DNA from: Synechococcus sp. A15-24
Lineage (GTDB): Bacteria > Cyanobacteriota > Cyanobacteriia > PCC-6307 > Cyanobiaceae
Length of the DNA: 32,000 nucleotides
Assembly: GCF_014280195.1 (NCBI RefSeq)
Contig: NZ_CP047960.1
Span: 690,001-722,000, forward strand
Direction of reading: 5' to 3'
Shown here: positions 9,228-20,174 of the stretch, piece after piece
How positions within the stretch are numbered: position 1 is the stretch's first letter
Layout of the letters: each line of letters opens with the position of its first letter
The notes under the pieces: model-generated
Databases searched by the model: none
The model's input: the letters and a program-made list of their open reading frames with translations, nothing else
What the model was told of the DNA's origin: nothing
Program-made: the position numbers and the translations under genes

Positions 9228-9668
9228 TTACTCGCTGAGGCTTAATAAACTTCGTTGTTGTACAAACAGACCAGTGGGGGGCGTGATTCGGATCTGGTGG
9301 CCTCCGTTGCGAAACCACGGCTCTGAGCATGCGTTGAGGATCAAGGCTCCAGGATCCAGCCCCCACGACTGGCGGAGGTAGTGACGGACAAGATCGTCAG
9401 GAGATGGGTCGGTCTGCTGCCAGTGCACGAGCGCAAGCGCGCCAGGGGTGGACCGAAGCGTCACCAGCCGCTGCTGAGGGTCACCGCCTTCCTCCGGTTC
9501 CACGGTTTCCGTGAGCTGTTCGTCGCAGACGAACAGCTTGAGAGGGGTCTGCTCATCGGCCTGAGGCAGAGGATATTTGTTCAGATACAGGGCACGGGCC
9601 TTTCGAAAGGCGGCCCCTGGGGCCCTGCTCATCAGCGTTGCGTAAGCCTCCAGCAGTCGCTCAATCAT
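9228..9668 (-). CDS. Hypothetical protein (146 aa)
   Basis: ATG-initiated ORF (MIERLLEAYATLMSRAPGAAFRKARALYLNKYPLP...). The competing plus-strand ORF 9381..9698 is Arg-rich and looks like nonsense. The last 25 or so codons are noticeably AT-richer. I recognise no family. Confidence 0.55.
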   Translation of the reverse strand: MIERLLEAYATLMSRAPGAAFRKARALYLNKYPLPQADEQTPLKLFVCDEQLTETVEPEEGGDPQQRLVTLRSTPGALALVHWQQTDPSPDDLVRHYLRQSWGLDPGALILNACSEPWFRNGGHQIRITPPTGLFVQQRSLLSLSE

Positions 9669-9726
9669 CGATGGATCGTCTGGAGTTCATCAGTTTGATT
9701 GAAGGCCAAAATCAGTGCGTGACAGG

Positions 9727-10059
9727 ATGAGATCCGCAGGACTGAAGGCTGTGGATTCCTGGCTCAGCGTCGACCTTTGCGTGGTTCCTCTCGGCGTTGG
9801 GGTGAGCTTGTCCCCTTACATCGCCACTTGTCAGCGGGTGATCCAGTCGACCGGGCTCGTCCATGAGCTGGGTCCCAACGGCACGGCAATCGAAGGTCCC
9901 TGGGATGACGTCATGGAGTGCGTTCGGGCTTGTCACGATGCCTTGCATGGCATGGGTGTGCCGCGGATCTACACCACGCTGAAGCTGAACACCCGCATCG
10001 ATCGGCATCAGGTGTTCCATGAGAAGGTTGAGACGGTGCGTCGAGAACTCGACGCCTGA
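9727..10059 (+). CDS. MTH1187/YkoF-like (DUF77, thiamine-binding-type) small protein
   Basis: LSVDLCVVPLGVGVSLSPYIATCQRVIQSTGLVHELGPNGTAIEGPWDDVMECVRACHDAL matches the DUF77/UPF0045 pattern (isv.P.g.g.s.s.yva.....i...gl.y.l...gT.iEG.wdevm). The start is uncertain between GTG 9715 and ATG 9727. Confidence 0.75.
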   Translation: MRSAGLKAVDSWLSVDLCVVPLGVGVSLSPYIATCQRVIQSTGLVHELGPNGTAIEGPWDDVMECVRACHDALHGMGVPRIYTTLKLNTRIDRHQVFHEKVETVRRELDA

Positions 10060-10133
10060 ATTCTTTAGAACTTCGGGGCATTGCAGCCGCTGGCGATGAT
10101 CTGGTGAGACCAATGAGACAAGGGTGAGGGGAT

Positions 10134-10637
10134 TTGGTGCTCCAGACGGTCGGTCGCTCTGCCTGGTGGGTGATGGCTCCCTTGCTTTGGGCGATGAGCT
10201 GGGGCCAACCGCTTCGGGCATCAAGTTGGGATGAGATTGGCTCCTACTTGCGGTTGATTCAGAAGACCGGTGTCGAAGCGCTGGTCGCTAACGATTGCCC
10301 TGAAGGCCTGCTCGGAGCTTTTCATGAGGGGCGGCAGGCACTGTTGATGTGCGGCAACAACTTGCCGGATGATCCCGCTTACATCTGGGTGGTTCTTGCC
10401 CATGAATCCGCTCATGTGATGCAGTTCTGCAAGGGAGGCCCGTTGATGCCTTCAGCTGTTTTGGGCGCTGGGATGGATCAGACCCGCCGTACTGATCCGC
10501 AAGCTTTTCATGAGTTGAAGCAGTACCACAGCAGTCAGCATCATGTGGAGGCGGAAGCGCGGCTTGTGCAGGCTCTCCCGCCGGATCAAGTGCGACACCT
10601 GTTCAAAAAACATTGTGCGGAGCGGCTCAAGCCCTGA
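10134..10637 (+). CDS. Small secreted protein with an HExxH motif, a putative zinc-metallopeptidase-like protein
   Basis: 167 aa. The N-terminal hydrophobic segment SAWWVMAPLLWAMSWGQPLRA looks like a signal peptide. The motif VVLAHESAHVMQF contains HExxH. Several Cys residues occur in the mature part. A purine-rich GAGGGG lies just upstream of the TTG start, and ATG 10173 is an alternative start. Confidence 0.6.
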   Translation: MVLQTVGRSAWWVMAPLLWAMSWGQPLRASSWDEIGSYLRLIQKTGVEALVANDCPEGLLGAFHEGRQALLMCGNNLPDDPAYIWVVLAHESAHVMQFCKGGPLMPSAVLGAGMDQTRRTDPQAFHELKQYHSSQHHVEAEARLVQALPPDQVRHLFKKHCAERLKP

Positions 10638-11256
10638 CGATCTGACGATCGTGCATTGGGATCCCTGGTTTGTGGTGGTGCTGAAACCGTCGGGGTTGTT
10701 GTCGCAACCTGGCCGCGGCTCTCATCTGCAGGATTCTTTGATCACCAGATTGCAGCGTTGGAGTGAAGATCACCATCTGGTGCATCGGCTTGATCGAGAC
10801 ACGTCGGGTTTGGTGCTGGTCGCCCGCGGTCTGGACAGTTTGCGTCGCTGCAGTGCTCTTTTTGCCGCCCGGAGAGTCAACAAGCTCTACGAAGCCGAGG
10901 TGGTTGGGCAGCTCCAAGGTCGAGGTCGGATTGATTCGCGTTTGGCTCGCCTGGATCGGGATCCACCTCGCTATGGCGATCATCCCAGGGGGCGACCCTC
11001 GACCACACTGTGGAGAGTCCGTGCAAGGCAACCGAACTCAACGCAACTCTGGCTGCGTCCATTGACAGGCCGATCGCATCAGCTGAGGGCCCACTTGGCC
11101 GGTATTGGCCATCCAATCGTGGGAGACCCGATTTACGGTGAAGCTATGACGACTCCGATGCGATTGCACGCCCGGGCCCTGGCGTTTGAACACCCATTCA
11201 CTGGTCGCCGACTGCGGGTGTCCACGCGACAGGAGGATGTTCCCCATGCCAGCTGA
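10615..11256 (+). CDS. RluA-family pseudouridine synthase
   Basis: The catalytic motif HRLDRDTSGLVLVAR is present, with KPSGLLSQPG upstream and GRSHQLRAHLAGIGHPIVGDPIYG downstream. The start is uncertain. The track ATG at 10543 would overlap the preceding gene by 95 nt, while GTG 10615 or GTG 10651 fit better. Confidence 0.85.
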   Translation: MRSGSSPDDLTIVHWDPWFVVVLKPSGLLSQPGRGSHLQDSLITRLQRWSEDHHLVHRLDRDTSGLVLVARGLDSLRRCSALFAARRVNKLYEAEVVGQLQGRGRIDSRLARLDRDPPRYGDHPRGRPSTTLWRVRARQPNSTQLWLRPLTGRSHQLRAHLAGIGHPIVGDPIYGEAMTTPMRLHARALAFEHPFTGRRLRVSTRQEDVPHAS

Positions 11257-11509
11257 ATTCATCGGTTACGCAGCAGCGTCCCTCACCACCCTTAGTTTTT
11301 TCCCTCAGGCGGTGAAGACCCTTCGCAGTGGTGATACACGCTCGATTTCTCTCGGCATGTACGCCTTGTTCACGTCTGGGGTGCTGTTGTGGTCCCTCTA
11401 TGGGCTGATGGTCGCGGATGGTCCCGTGCTGATCGCCAACCTGATCACGTTGATCCCAGCGGCTGTTGTTCTTCAGCGCAAGATCGCTGCCAAACATCCT
11501 TCATCTTGA
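11246..11509 (+). CDS. SemiSWEET / PQ-loop three-TM sugar-transporter half unit
   Basis: MPAEFIGYAAASLTTLSFFPQAVKTLRSGDTRSISLGMYALFTSGVLLWSLYGLMVADGPVLIANLITLIPAAVVLQRKI has three hydrophobic helices and a PQ motif after TM1, at SemiSWEET length (about 87 aa). AGGAGG at 11231-11236 precedes in-frame ATGs at 11237 and 11246. The gene overlaps the RluA-family gene's 3' end. Confidence 0.75.
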   Translation: MPAEFIGYAAASLTTLSFFPQAVKTLRSGDTRSISLGMYALFTSGVLLWSLYGLMVADGPVLIANLITLIPAAVVLQRKIAAKHPSS

Positions 11510-11605
11510 CGATAAGAGATCTTTCAACCTGACAATGTTGCGAATCTCGACTTCGCTAAAGCTGATCACATTGAGGTTTTTGTCCCAATGCGATTGACCC
11601 GTTCA

Positions 11606-13708
11606 TCAGGCTGAATGCCTGGGTCTCGCGGGAATGGGATAGGGAATGCGGCGGTGTCTCATCCGCCGCCAGACCTTCACGAATGCCTGGACCACGAGCT
11701 CAACTTCAGAGCGAGACAATCCGCTTTTGCGAAGTTGTCCATCCTGCTGCCGCGATTCCACGATGCGGCGCACCGTGTCTTTGGCTTCAGCTTCTGATGT
11801 GTCGGGCGGTAGTGAACGCAAAGCCGCTTCGCAACCATCGGCCAGCATCAGGATTCCTGTTTCCTTGGAGCGTGGCGATGGGCCGTGATAGCGGAAGCGT
11901 TTCTCTTCAATGTTTGGATTGATTTGACGCGCTTTGTGCAGAAAAAAGCCCATCTTCAAGGTCCCTTGATGCTCCGGAATGAAATCTGTAATCGGCCGAG
12001 GAAGTCGATGGCGTTTGGCTAGCTTCAAACCTTCATCCACGTGGGCTTGGAGAATCGCCGCGCTCTGCTCCGGATCGTTGAGGGCGTCATGGGGATTGGG
12101 ACCATCTTTCTGGTTTTCGATGAACCAATCGGGAGCGTGGAGCTTGCCGACATCGTGATATAAGGAGCCCGTTCGAATCAGATTGACATCGGCATTGATG
12201 GCACGAGCCCCTTCTTCTGCGAGGCCGCAGATCATCAAGGTGTGCTCGAAGGTGCCAGGAGCTTCACTGGACAAGCGCCGCAGCAGAGGACGCTCCTGAT
12301 CCGCCAATTCCAATAAACGAGCACGGGTCAACAAGCCGAAGGATCCCTCCAACATCGGAATCATCAAAAGAGACAGCATCAGCAGGAGACCCAGCAGCAA
12401 GGCATCCGTGCTCAGTTCATCCAGTCCAGGATTAAGTGATCCCCATAGCCGCCAACCCGTGAAGGGTTGCAGCTGGAGCAGCACCCACTGCGACACCAGG
12501 GCGCCGAGTGGCAACAGAACAGCGAGCTGAAGCAACTGCCCCCGGCTGCGCTGACGCCCCGCAATGACACCCCCCGTAGTGGACACAGCGACAGCGATCA
12601 ACAGTCGGCCATGGCCCAATCCATTCACCGGCAGTGGCCAGATCAGAGCTGCGATGGCCATCCAAGCCAAGCCACAGCCCGTTCCCAGTCCTTCGGTCAG
12701 GATCAGGGTGGGCGGGACCAACACCGCTAGGGGACTGACCGTGGATTGGAACCAAAGCTTGGCCAACTGAGCCAGCAGCAGCAGTCCCAGAGCCAGCAAT
12801 GCATGGCGAACTTCAAGTCCCGGTCGTTCCCGTCGCATCACCAACAGCATCACGCCGCAGGCAAAGAGGGCTTCCAGAAAACGACCCAGCCAGATCAGGG
12901 GCTGGGGTTCTCGCTTCACTTTTCCGAAAAAGTCAAGAACGTCGTAGGCCTGAGGGCTGATCGGTTCGCCCTTTCGTGTGATGAGATCTCCTTTGCGTAC
13001 GTCGATGGTGGGGATCCCCTGTTTGGTCAGCTGCTCTTCGATCAGCTGTTTGCTGAGGTTGGGATCGGTTCGAAGGTTGCTGCTGCCCTGAAGGCTGCTC
13101 ACAAGCAGCTTTCCGGCTACGGAGCGGGCGGCAGGGTTGTCGATGGCATCACCCTGCAGCTGAAGATCGGCAGCCTCACGAAGCTGATCCACCGCAAGGG
13201 TGCTCACCAGTCCCTGACTGAGCATGCGTTGTGCGGCCTGCCGGACACCGTTGTCCCAGGCGAGACGGTCTTGATCGCTGCGTTGCTCCAGCCAGATCTG
13301 TTCGTCTGTGCTGAGATTGACGGGACCGACCCTGGCGGCCGAGCCGCTTTCGCTCACCTGTTGCAGCTCACTGAGCTGACGTTCCAGCCTGAGCTTCAGG
13401 GCTTGCGTCTGCTCTGCATCAAGCACCTGAACCACGGAGCGGGCCACGAGGGTGGAGCGGCGTTGCTCAAGGGCTGTACTGTCCTGCACCAGGGCATCCT
13501 TTGGTGCAATGGCGTTGAAGGGAGCCAGCACACCCGGTTGAAGATCGGGTTTCAGCAGCCAGGGAAGGCTTGACGCGCCCGCAACAACCAGGCAGAGCAG
13601 CAGTACCAGGCTGGATTGAAGGGCAGACCAGCGCAGCAGTCGCCCAGCTGGACGTTGATGACGCAGCCAGCGTCTCCACAACTTGCTCACGCCGTTGAAG
13701 CGAACCAA
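11606..13708 (-). CDS. 7TM-receptor HD-domain phosphohydrolase (PgpH/YqfF-like, a possible cyclic-di-AMP phosphodiesterase)
   Basis: 700 aa. It has an N-terminal TM helix, a large extracytoplasmic domain, a block of about 7 TM helices, and a C-terminal HD domain (LMICGLAEEGARAI, SLYHDVGKL, IPEHQGT). The start codon is non-ATG (TTG at 13708, or GTG a few codons in). Confidence 0.85.
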   Translation of the reverse strand: MVRFNGVSKLWRRWLRHQRPAGRLLRWSALQSSLVLLLCLVVAGASSLPWLLKPDLQPGVLAPFNAIAPKDALVQDSTALEQRRSTLVARSVVQVLDAEQTQALKLRLERQLSELQQVSESGSAARVGPVNLSTDEQIWLEQRSDQDRLAWDNGVRQAAQRMLSQGLVSTLAVDQLREAADLQLQGDAIDNPAARSVAGKLLVSSLQGSSNLRTDPNLSKQLIEEQLTKQGIPTIDVRKGDLITRKGEPISPQAYDVLDFFGKVKREPQPLIWLGRFLEALFACGVMLLVMRRERPGLEVRHALLALGLLLLAQLAKLWFQSTVSPLAVLVPPTLILTEGLGTGCGLAWMAIAALIWPLPVNGLGHGRLLIAVAVSTTGGVIAGRQRSRGQLLQLAVLLPLGALVSQWVLLQLQPFTGWRLWGSLNPGLDELSTDALLLGLLLMLSLLMIPMLEGSFGLLTRARLLELADQERPLLRRLSSEAPGTFEHTLMICGLAEEGARAINADVNLIRTGSLYHDVGKLHAPDWFIENQKDGPNPHDALNDPEQSAAILQAHVDEGLKLAKRHRLPRPITDFIPEHQGTLKMGFFLHKARQINPNIEEKRFRYHGPSPRSKETGILMLADGCEAALRSLPPDTSEAEAKDTVRRIVESRQQDGQLRKSGLSRSEVELVVQAFVKVWRRMRHRRIPYPIPARPRHSA

Positions 13709-13779
13709 ATCAAGGGACCTGACGGAGTAACGCTAGCTGTGTCTGCAGGGCATGCTGGAGGGACTGATGGGTTCCTGGC

Positions 13780-14660
13780 ATGGCCCTGCGGCTGGATGGC
13801 AAAGCGCTGGCAGCAACGGTGGAGCGTCGTCTGACCAGTGTCGTTGGTGCACACTCGAAAACAGTTGGTCGACCACCTGGACTGGCCGTCCTACGGGTTG
13901 GTGATGACCCCGCCAGTGCTGTGTATGTCGCCAACAAAGAAAAAGCCTGCGCCCGTGTGGGTATCGCCAGCTATGGAGCGCACCTGGCGGCTGACACACC
14001 CGCTGATCAGGTGCTCAGCACGATCCAGTCGCTCAATGCGGATCCTCGCGTCGACGGCATCCTGCTTCAGCTGCCGTTACCGAAGGGGCTGGATGAACGT
14101 CCCCTATTGGAGGCCATTGATCCTGAAAAGGATGCCGATGGTCTTCACACCTTGAATCTGGGTCGTTTGTTGAAGGGCGAACCCGGTCCGCGCAGCTGCA
14201 CACCGGCTGGGGTGATGGCTCTCCTGCGAAGCAATGGCATCGACCCTGCCGGCAAACGGGCCGTGGTCATCGGGCGCAGCATTCTCGTCGGGAAGCCGAT
14301 GGCGCTGATGTTGCAGGCTGCCAACGCCACCGTCACCGTCGCGCATTCCCGAACCGCTGATCTTGCCGCCCACACCCTTGAGGCCGAGATCGTGGTGGTC
14401 GCTGCTGGACGTCCAGGAATGGTTGGGGCAGAGCACGTGCGGCCAGGTGCTGCGGTGGTGGATGTCGGCATTCATCGCAAGCCCGAGGGTGGACTGTGCG
14501 GCGATGTTGTGGCGGAGGAGGTGGAACCGATCGCTGCAGCCCTGTCCCCTGTGCCCGGGGGAGTTGGACCGATGACGGTGACCATGCTCCTGGTGAACAC
14601 CGTGGTGGCCTGGTGCCGACGTGATGGCATCGACCACGAACTGGATGACCTGATCGGCTG

Positions 14661-14661
<1 letters not shown>
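13780..14661 (+). CDS. folD: Bifunctional methylenetetrahydrofolate dehydrogenase / methenyl-THF cyclohydrolase
   Basis: [59 protein letters not shown] and [14 protein letters not shown] are present. Confidence 0.95.
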
Positions 14662-16820
<2,159 letters not shown>

Positions 16821-16824
<4 letters not shown>

Positions 16825-18284
16825 GCGGCGAGGCCCAGCTCACAGAAGATCTCACGGACGATCAGCGCAAGGCTGCCGAGGCTTTCGCTGACTGGCTCAC
16901 CTCACCAGCCGATGGAACACCCTTCGTGCTGAGCGGTTTTGCTGGCAGCGGCAAGACGTTTCTGTCGATGCGCCTGTTGCGGATGGTGGAGGTGCAGGGG
17001 CTGTGCTGGACCGTGGTGGCGCCGACGCATAAAGCGGTGGGCGTTTTGCGCCAGGCCCTGGATCTGGAGGGTCTTCAGCCCACCTGGTACCCCTCCACCA
17101 TTCACCGGTTGCTGAGGCTAAAGCTGAAACGCTCCGCTGATGCTGAGGTCTGCGAACCAACGGAGCAGACGGCGATGGCCCTGGAGAACCTTGGCCTGGT
17201 GCTGATCGATGAGGCCTCCATGGTGGACAGTACGTTGCTGGGCATCGCTCTGCAGTGCGCCCATCCGTTCAAAACGCGGTTGGTTTTTGTCGGTGATCCA
17301 GCTCAGCTGCCTCCGGTCGGTGAGGACTCCAGTCCTGTTTTTTCGATGCAACGGGCCTGTGCTGCAACTCTGGAGGAGGTGGTGCGCCACCAGGGGCCGG
17401 TGCTGCAGCTCGCCAGCCGTCTGCGGGATGGAGGACTTCCCTGTCAGAACCCGCCCGCGTTGCCTCCGATCTGCAACAACAGTGGTCAAGTGCGCTGTCT
17501 GCCCCAGAAAGACTGGCTGGATCAAGCCCGCCAAGCACTTCGGCAGGCCTCTCTTCAGGACAACCCGGATGCCGCCAGGATCCTCTGCTACACCAATCGC
17601 ACCCTTGAGCGTTTGGTTCCCCTGGCACGGCGGGCCATACATGGGGATATGGCTGATCAGATGGCGGTGCTGCCTGGGGAAGTGTTGATCAGCCGGGCGG
17701 CGGTGATGGCGCCAGCCTCAAGGGATGGCGAAGAGACCGGCGAAGAGCCAGACATGGTGCTGGGTTCCAATCGTGAGGTGACTGTCAGGGATGTGACGCC
17801 TGAGTCCTGTGACCTGATGGATTTCGGTCTCTCCCCGGCCGATGGAGCAGTCCCGGTGATTGAAACCCTTTCGGCTCAGGTTTCAGCGGGGGAATTGGAG
17901 CTCTGTTTGAGACTCCAACCGCCCGTTGGTAGTGAGGCCCGGCGCGAGCTGGATGGCGTGATGCAGCGGCTGCGTCAGCAGGCACGGGACGCGGGCAAAC
18001 AAAACGGTCGGGCTATCTGGCGGCGTTATTTCCTTCTGCGTGATGCCTTCGCCTCCCTAGGACCGGCGGCGGTGCTGACGGTACATCGCAGTCAGGGCAG
18101 CAGTTTCGGAGAGGTCTTTGTGGCCCCGGATGTGTTCCGTGCCGATCCATCCATCCGTCAGCAACTCTGTTACGTCGCGGTCTCGCGAGCTCGAACCGGC
18201 GTGTGGCTGATCGGAGGAACGGCCAGCTCTGCCATCGAGCGTGCCTGGCGCCATGAATTCGCATCATCCCTGTCGGGCCCTTGA
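16821..18284 (+). CDS. SF1B RecD/Dda/Pif1-like ATP-dependent DNA helicase
   Basis: Walker A is GFAGSGKTF and Walker B is LVLIDEASMV. Motif III is VFVGDPAQLPPV. LTVHRSQGSSF and CYVAVSRAR are also present. The start codon is GTG. Confidence 0.85.
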
Positions 18285-18338
18285 GGTTTCACCCCTGCCT
18301 CGTTTGACTGAGCTGGTCTGATCGTTTGTTGAGGTTTC

Positions 18339-18623
18339 ATGGGGATGCGCCGTTGTCTGATCGCTCTCAGCTTGTTCTGCCTTGTCTGGCCCAGTTCTGC
18401 AGCTTGGGCTCAGCAAACAATCAAGGCCCACCTCGTGCTGACCACGGGCGTCTTTGGGTCCAAGTTTTCAGGCAGCAATGCCGCCAACAGTGACTCCACA
18501 TCGATGGTGACCACCCCGATGTTCAGTGAAGACGGATGCAAGGCTGAAGGTGAGCGTTGGCTGCGGCGCCCGTCGCGCTTCCGTAAGGGGTTCCGTGAAT
18601 ACTTTTGCGTGGTCTTGCGCTGA
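18339..18623 (+). CDS. Hypothetical small secreted protein (94 aa)
   Basis: The signal-peptide-like N-terminus is MGMRRCLIALSLFCLVWPSSAAWA, followed by QQ. The mature part has two Cys and a basic C-terminus. I recognise no family. Confidence 0.55.
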   Translation: MGMRRCLIALSLFCLVWPSSAAWAQQTIKAHLVLTTGVFGSKFSGSNAANSDSTSMVTTPMFSEDGCKAEGERWLRRPSRFRKGFREYFCVVLR

Positions 18624-18659
18624 GGTTGGCGCCCAAGATCTTTTCAATTGAATGGTGGG

Positions 18660-18690
18660 ATTGTTTCGTCGGTAGAACTGACGAAACAAT
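18660..18690. repeat. Perfect 11-bp inverted repeat (hairpin with a 9-nt loop) between convergent small ORFs, a possible bidirectional terminator or processing structure
   Basis: ATTGTTTCGTC (18660-18670), loop GGTAGAACT, GACGAAACAAT (18680-18690). There is no clear U-tract on either side, so it is not a canonical intrinsic terminator. Confidence 0.6.
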
Positions 18691-18712
18691 CAATAAGACA
18701 TCTATTTCTACG

Positions 18713-18898
18713 TTATTTCCAAGGTGACGTCTTCTCCTGGTAGTCGGCCATCATGGCTGCCAGAATCAATACAACGTACCTGTCGTCTGCTCCGGTCGCT
18801 CTCTTGAATTGCCTGATGACTTCGGCAATATTTCTCATCGCTTCAGGTATTTCCTTCTTTTTCTGATCCTTGCTAGGAACGAAATTCAATTGGTACAA
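18713..18898 (-). CDS. Candidate small protein in the low-GC islet (61 aa from TTG, or 41 aa from the first ATG at MRNIAEV)
   Basis: Translation is MYQLNFVPSKDQKKKEIPEAMRNIAEVIRQFKRATGADDRYVVLILAAMMADYQEKTSPWK, where the initial M stands for the TTG start. AAGGAA lies about 11 nt upstream of the internal ATG. The sequence is about 40% GC by eye and no homology is recognised. Confidence 0.3.
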   Translation of the reverse strand: MYQLNFVPSKDQKKKEIPEAMRNIAEVIRQFKRATGADDRYVVLILAAMMADYQEKTSPWK

Positions 18899-19044
18899 CT
18901 TATCTTAAGGGCCATTACTCTATGGTGTAAATGCTGTTATCAGGTTAAAAGAATCAGGAGAAATGATTCTGGTTTGAAGTAAGGATTTTGCTTTGTCAGT
19001 TCAGCGGATCCCTGCCGATCAACTCCTGCTAATCCAGGCATGGA

Positions 19045-19632
19045 TTAACAGTTCCCCGTGGATGGAGCATTCCATCGCTGGATAGCCCGGGTGTCCCGTT
19101 CCCAGCCCAGGATGCTGACGGAGGCTGTGCCCAGCAATAGCAGTTGTCCGCCAGCGGCACCCAGTCCCAGCCATGTTCCAGCCAGCGCCCGGAGGATGTG
19201 GCCATGGGCAAACAGGGCAACATCCCCGTCCCCTGGGACGGCCAGCGCTCTGCTGATCGCTGTTGTGCAGCGGGCCTCAACCTGTGGAGCATCCTCTCCA
19301 TTCGGCCAACCATGGCTCCAGGCCGTCCAGTCCGGGACGGTTTCACGGATCGTGGCAGTTGTGATCCCTTCGTAGTCGCCGTAGTTCCACTCGATGATGT
19401 CGTCGCAGATCTGCATCTGATCGCCGAGCCCGGCCAGCTCGCAGGTGCGTTGTGCCCGTTGGAGGGGAGAGCTGAACACCGCTGCAAATGCCTGCTGGCT
19501 GAGGACCGGGCCGAGGGCGTGGGCTTCCGCTTCACCCTCTGGCAGCAGCGGCAGGTCTGTGCTGCCGGTGTGCCGCCCCTTGAGAGCCCATTCCGTTGCC
19601 CCATGGCGCAGAAGCCAGAGCTGGCGTGACAT
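19045..19632 (-). CDS. Histidine phosphatase superfamily protein (phosphoglycerate-mutase-like)
   Basis: The N-terminal catalytic motif is LWLLRHGATEW, followed by GRHTGSTDLPLLPEGEAEA. A downstream HGH motif reads VALFAHGHILRAL. Confidence 0.85.
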   Translation of the reverse strand: MSRQLWLLRHGATEWALKGRHTGSTDLPLLPEGEAEAHALGPVLSQQAFAAVFSSPLQRAQRTCELAGLGDQMQICDDIIEWNYGDYEGITTATIRETVPDWTAWSHGWPNGEDAPQVEARCTTAISRALAVPGDGDVALFAHGHILRALAGTWLGLGAAGGQLLLLGTASVSILGWERDTRAIQRWNAPSTGNC

Positions 19633-19696
19633 CAGCTGATCAGCGGAGTGACCAACTCAGGATGGGCAGTGATGCTTTAAGGGACAGCAGCCTGGA

Positions 19697-19807
19697 TCAC
19701 AGCTTCAGGATCAGAGCTGCGAGACCGATGCAAACACCGAGGCTGATCACACCGAGAAGAGCTCGCCAGAACGCTTTGTCCTGTGGGTCGAGGAAGTTCT
19801 TGCCCAT
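19697..19807 (-). CDS. Candidate 36-aa single-pass membrane microprotein, below the ORF-track cutoff
   Basis: Hand translation gives MGKNFLDPQDKAFWRALLGVISLGVCIGLAALILKL followed by a stop. It has a polar N-terminus and one roughly 20-residue hydrophobic helix. The ATG lies 13 nt downstream of the acyP stop on the same strand. Confidence 0.4.
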   Translation of the reverse strand: MGKNFLDPQDKAFWRALLGVISLGVCIGLAALILKL

Positions 19808-19820
19808 CTCTGGTGTTTGT

Positions 19821-20174
19821 TCAGTGGCGCACCTCAAACCAATCATCTCCGGTCACCGGCAACTGGCTCAGCTGAACTCTCAGCACCTGTGCTCCAGGGG
19901 GGCCCTGCTCGCACCAGGCACGCAGCTCTGAAATCGCCAGGGGAGGCCCTTCGGCCTGCACTTCAACACAGCCGTCTCGCAGGTTGCGGACCCAGCCCCG
20001 CAGGCCGAGGTCTAGTGCGCGCCGATTGCAGCTGGCTCGAAAGCCGACCCCCTGGACCCGCCCCTGGATCAGCAGCCGCCAGCGTTCGAGGAAGGGTTGC
20101 AGCCGTCCGGGCTGCGTTCTGTTGACGAACCGCCTGGCTATGGCATCGGATCTGCTGCGAGTGCGTCGCGCCAT
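19821..20174 (-). CDS. acyP: Acylphosphatase
   Basis: WRLLIQGRVQGVGFRASCNRRALDLGLRGWVRNLRDGCVEVQAEG carries the VQGVGFR and GWVRN signatures. The start is uncertain. ATG 20174 (MARRTRS) overlaps cobB by 37 nt, and the track ATG at 20246 would overlap it by 109 nt. Confidence 0.85.
   Translation of the reverse strand: MARRTRSRSDAIARRFVNRTQPGRLQPFLERWRLLIQGRVQGVGFRASCNRRALDLGLRGWVRNLRDGCVEVQAEGPPLAISELRAWCEQGPPGAQVLRVQLSQLPVTGDDWFEVRH

Noticed and set aside
9669-9726. Possible TPP riboswitch upstream of the YkoF/thiamine-binding-like gene
   Set aside because: The gap is under 60 nt and lacks the conserved CUGAGA / ACCUGAUCUGGAUAAUGCCAGCG-type elements.
12746-13573. 275-aa plus-strand ORF
   Set aside because: It is antisense to the 7TM-HD (pgpH-like) gene, which has clear domain architecture. 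No motifs are present.
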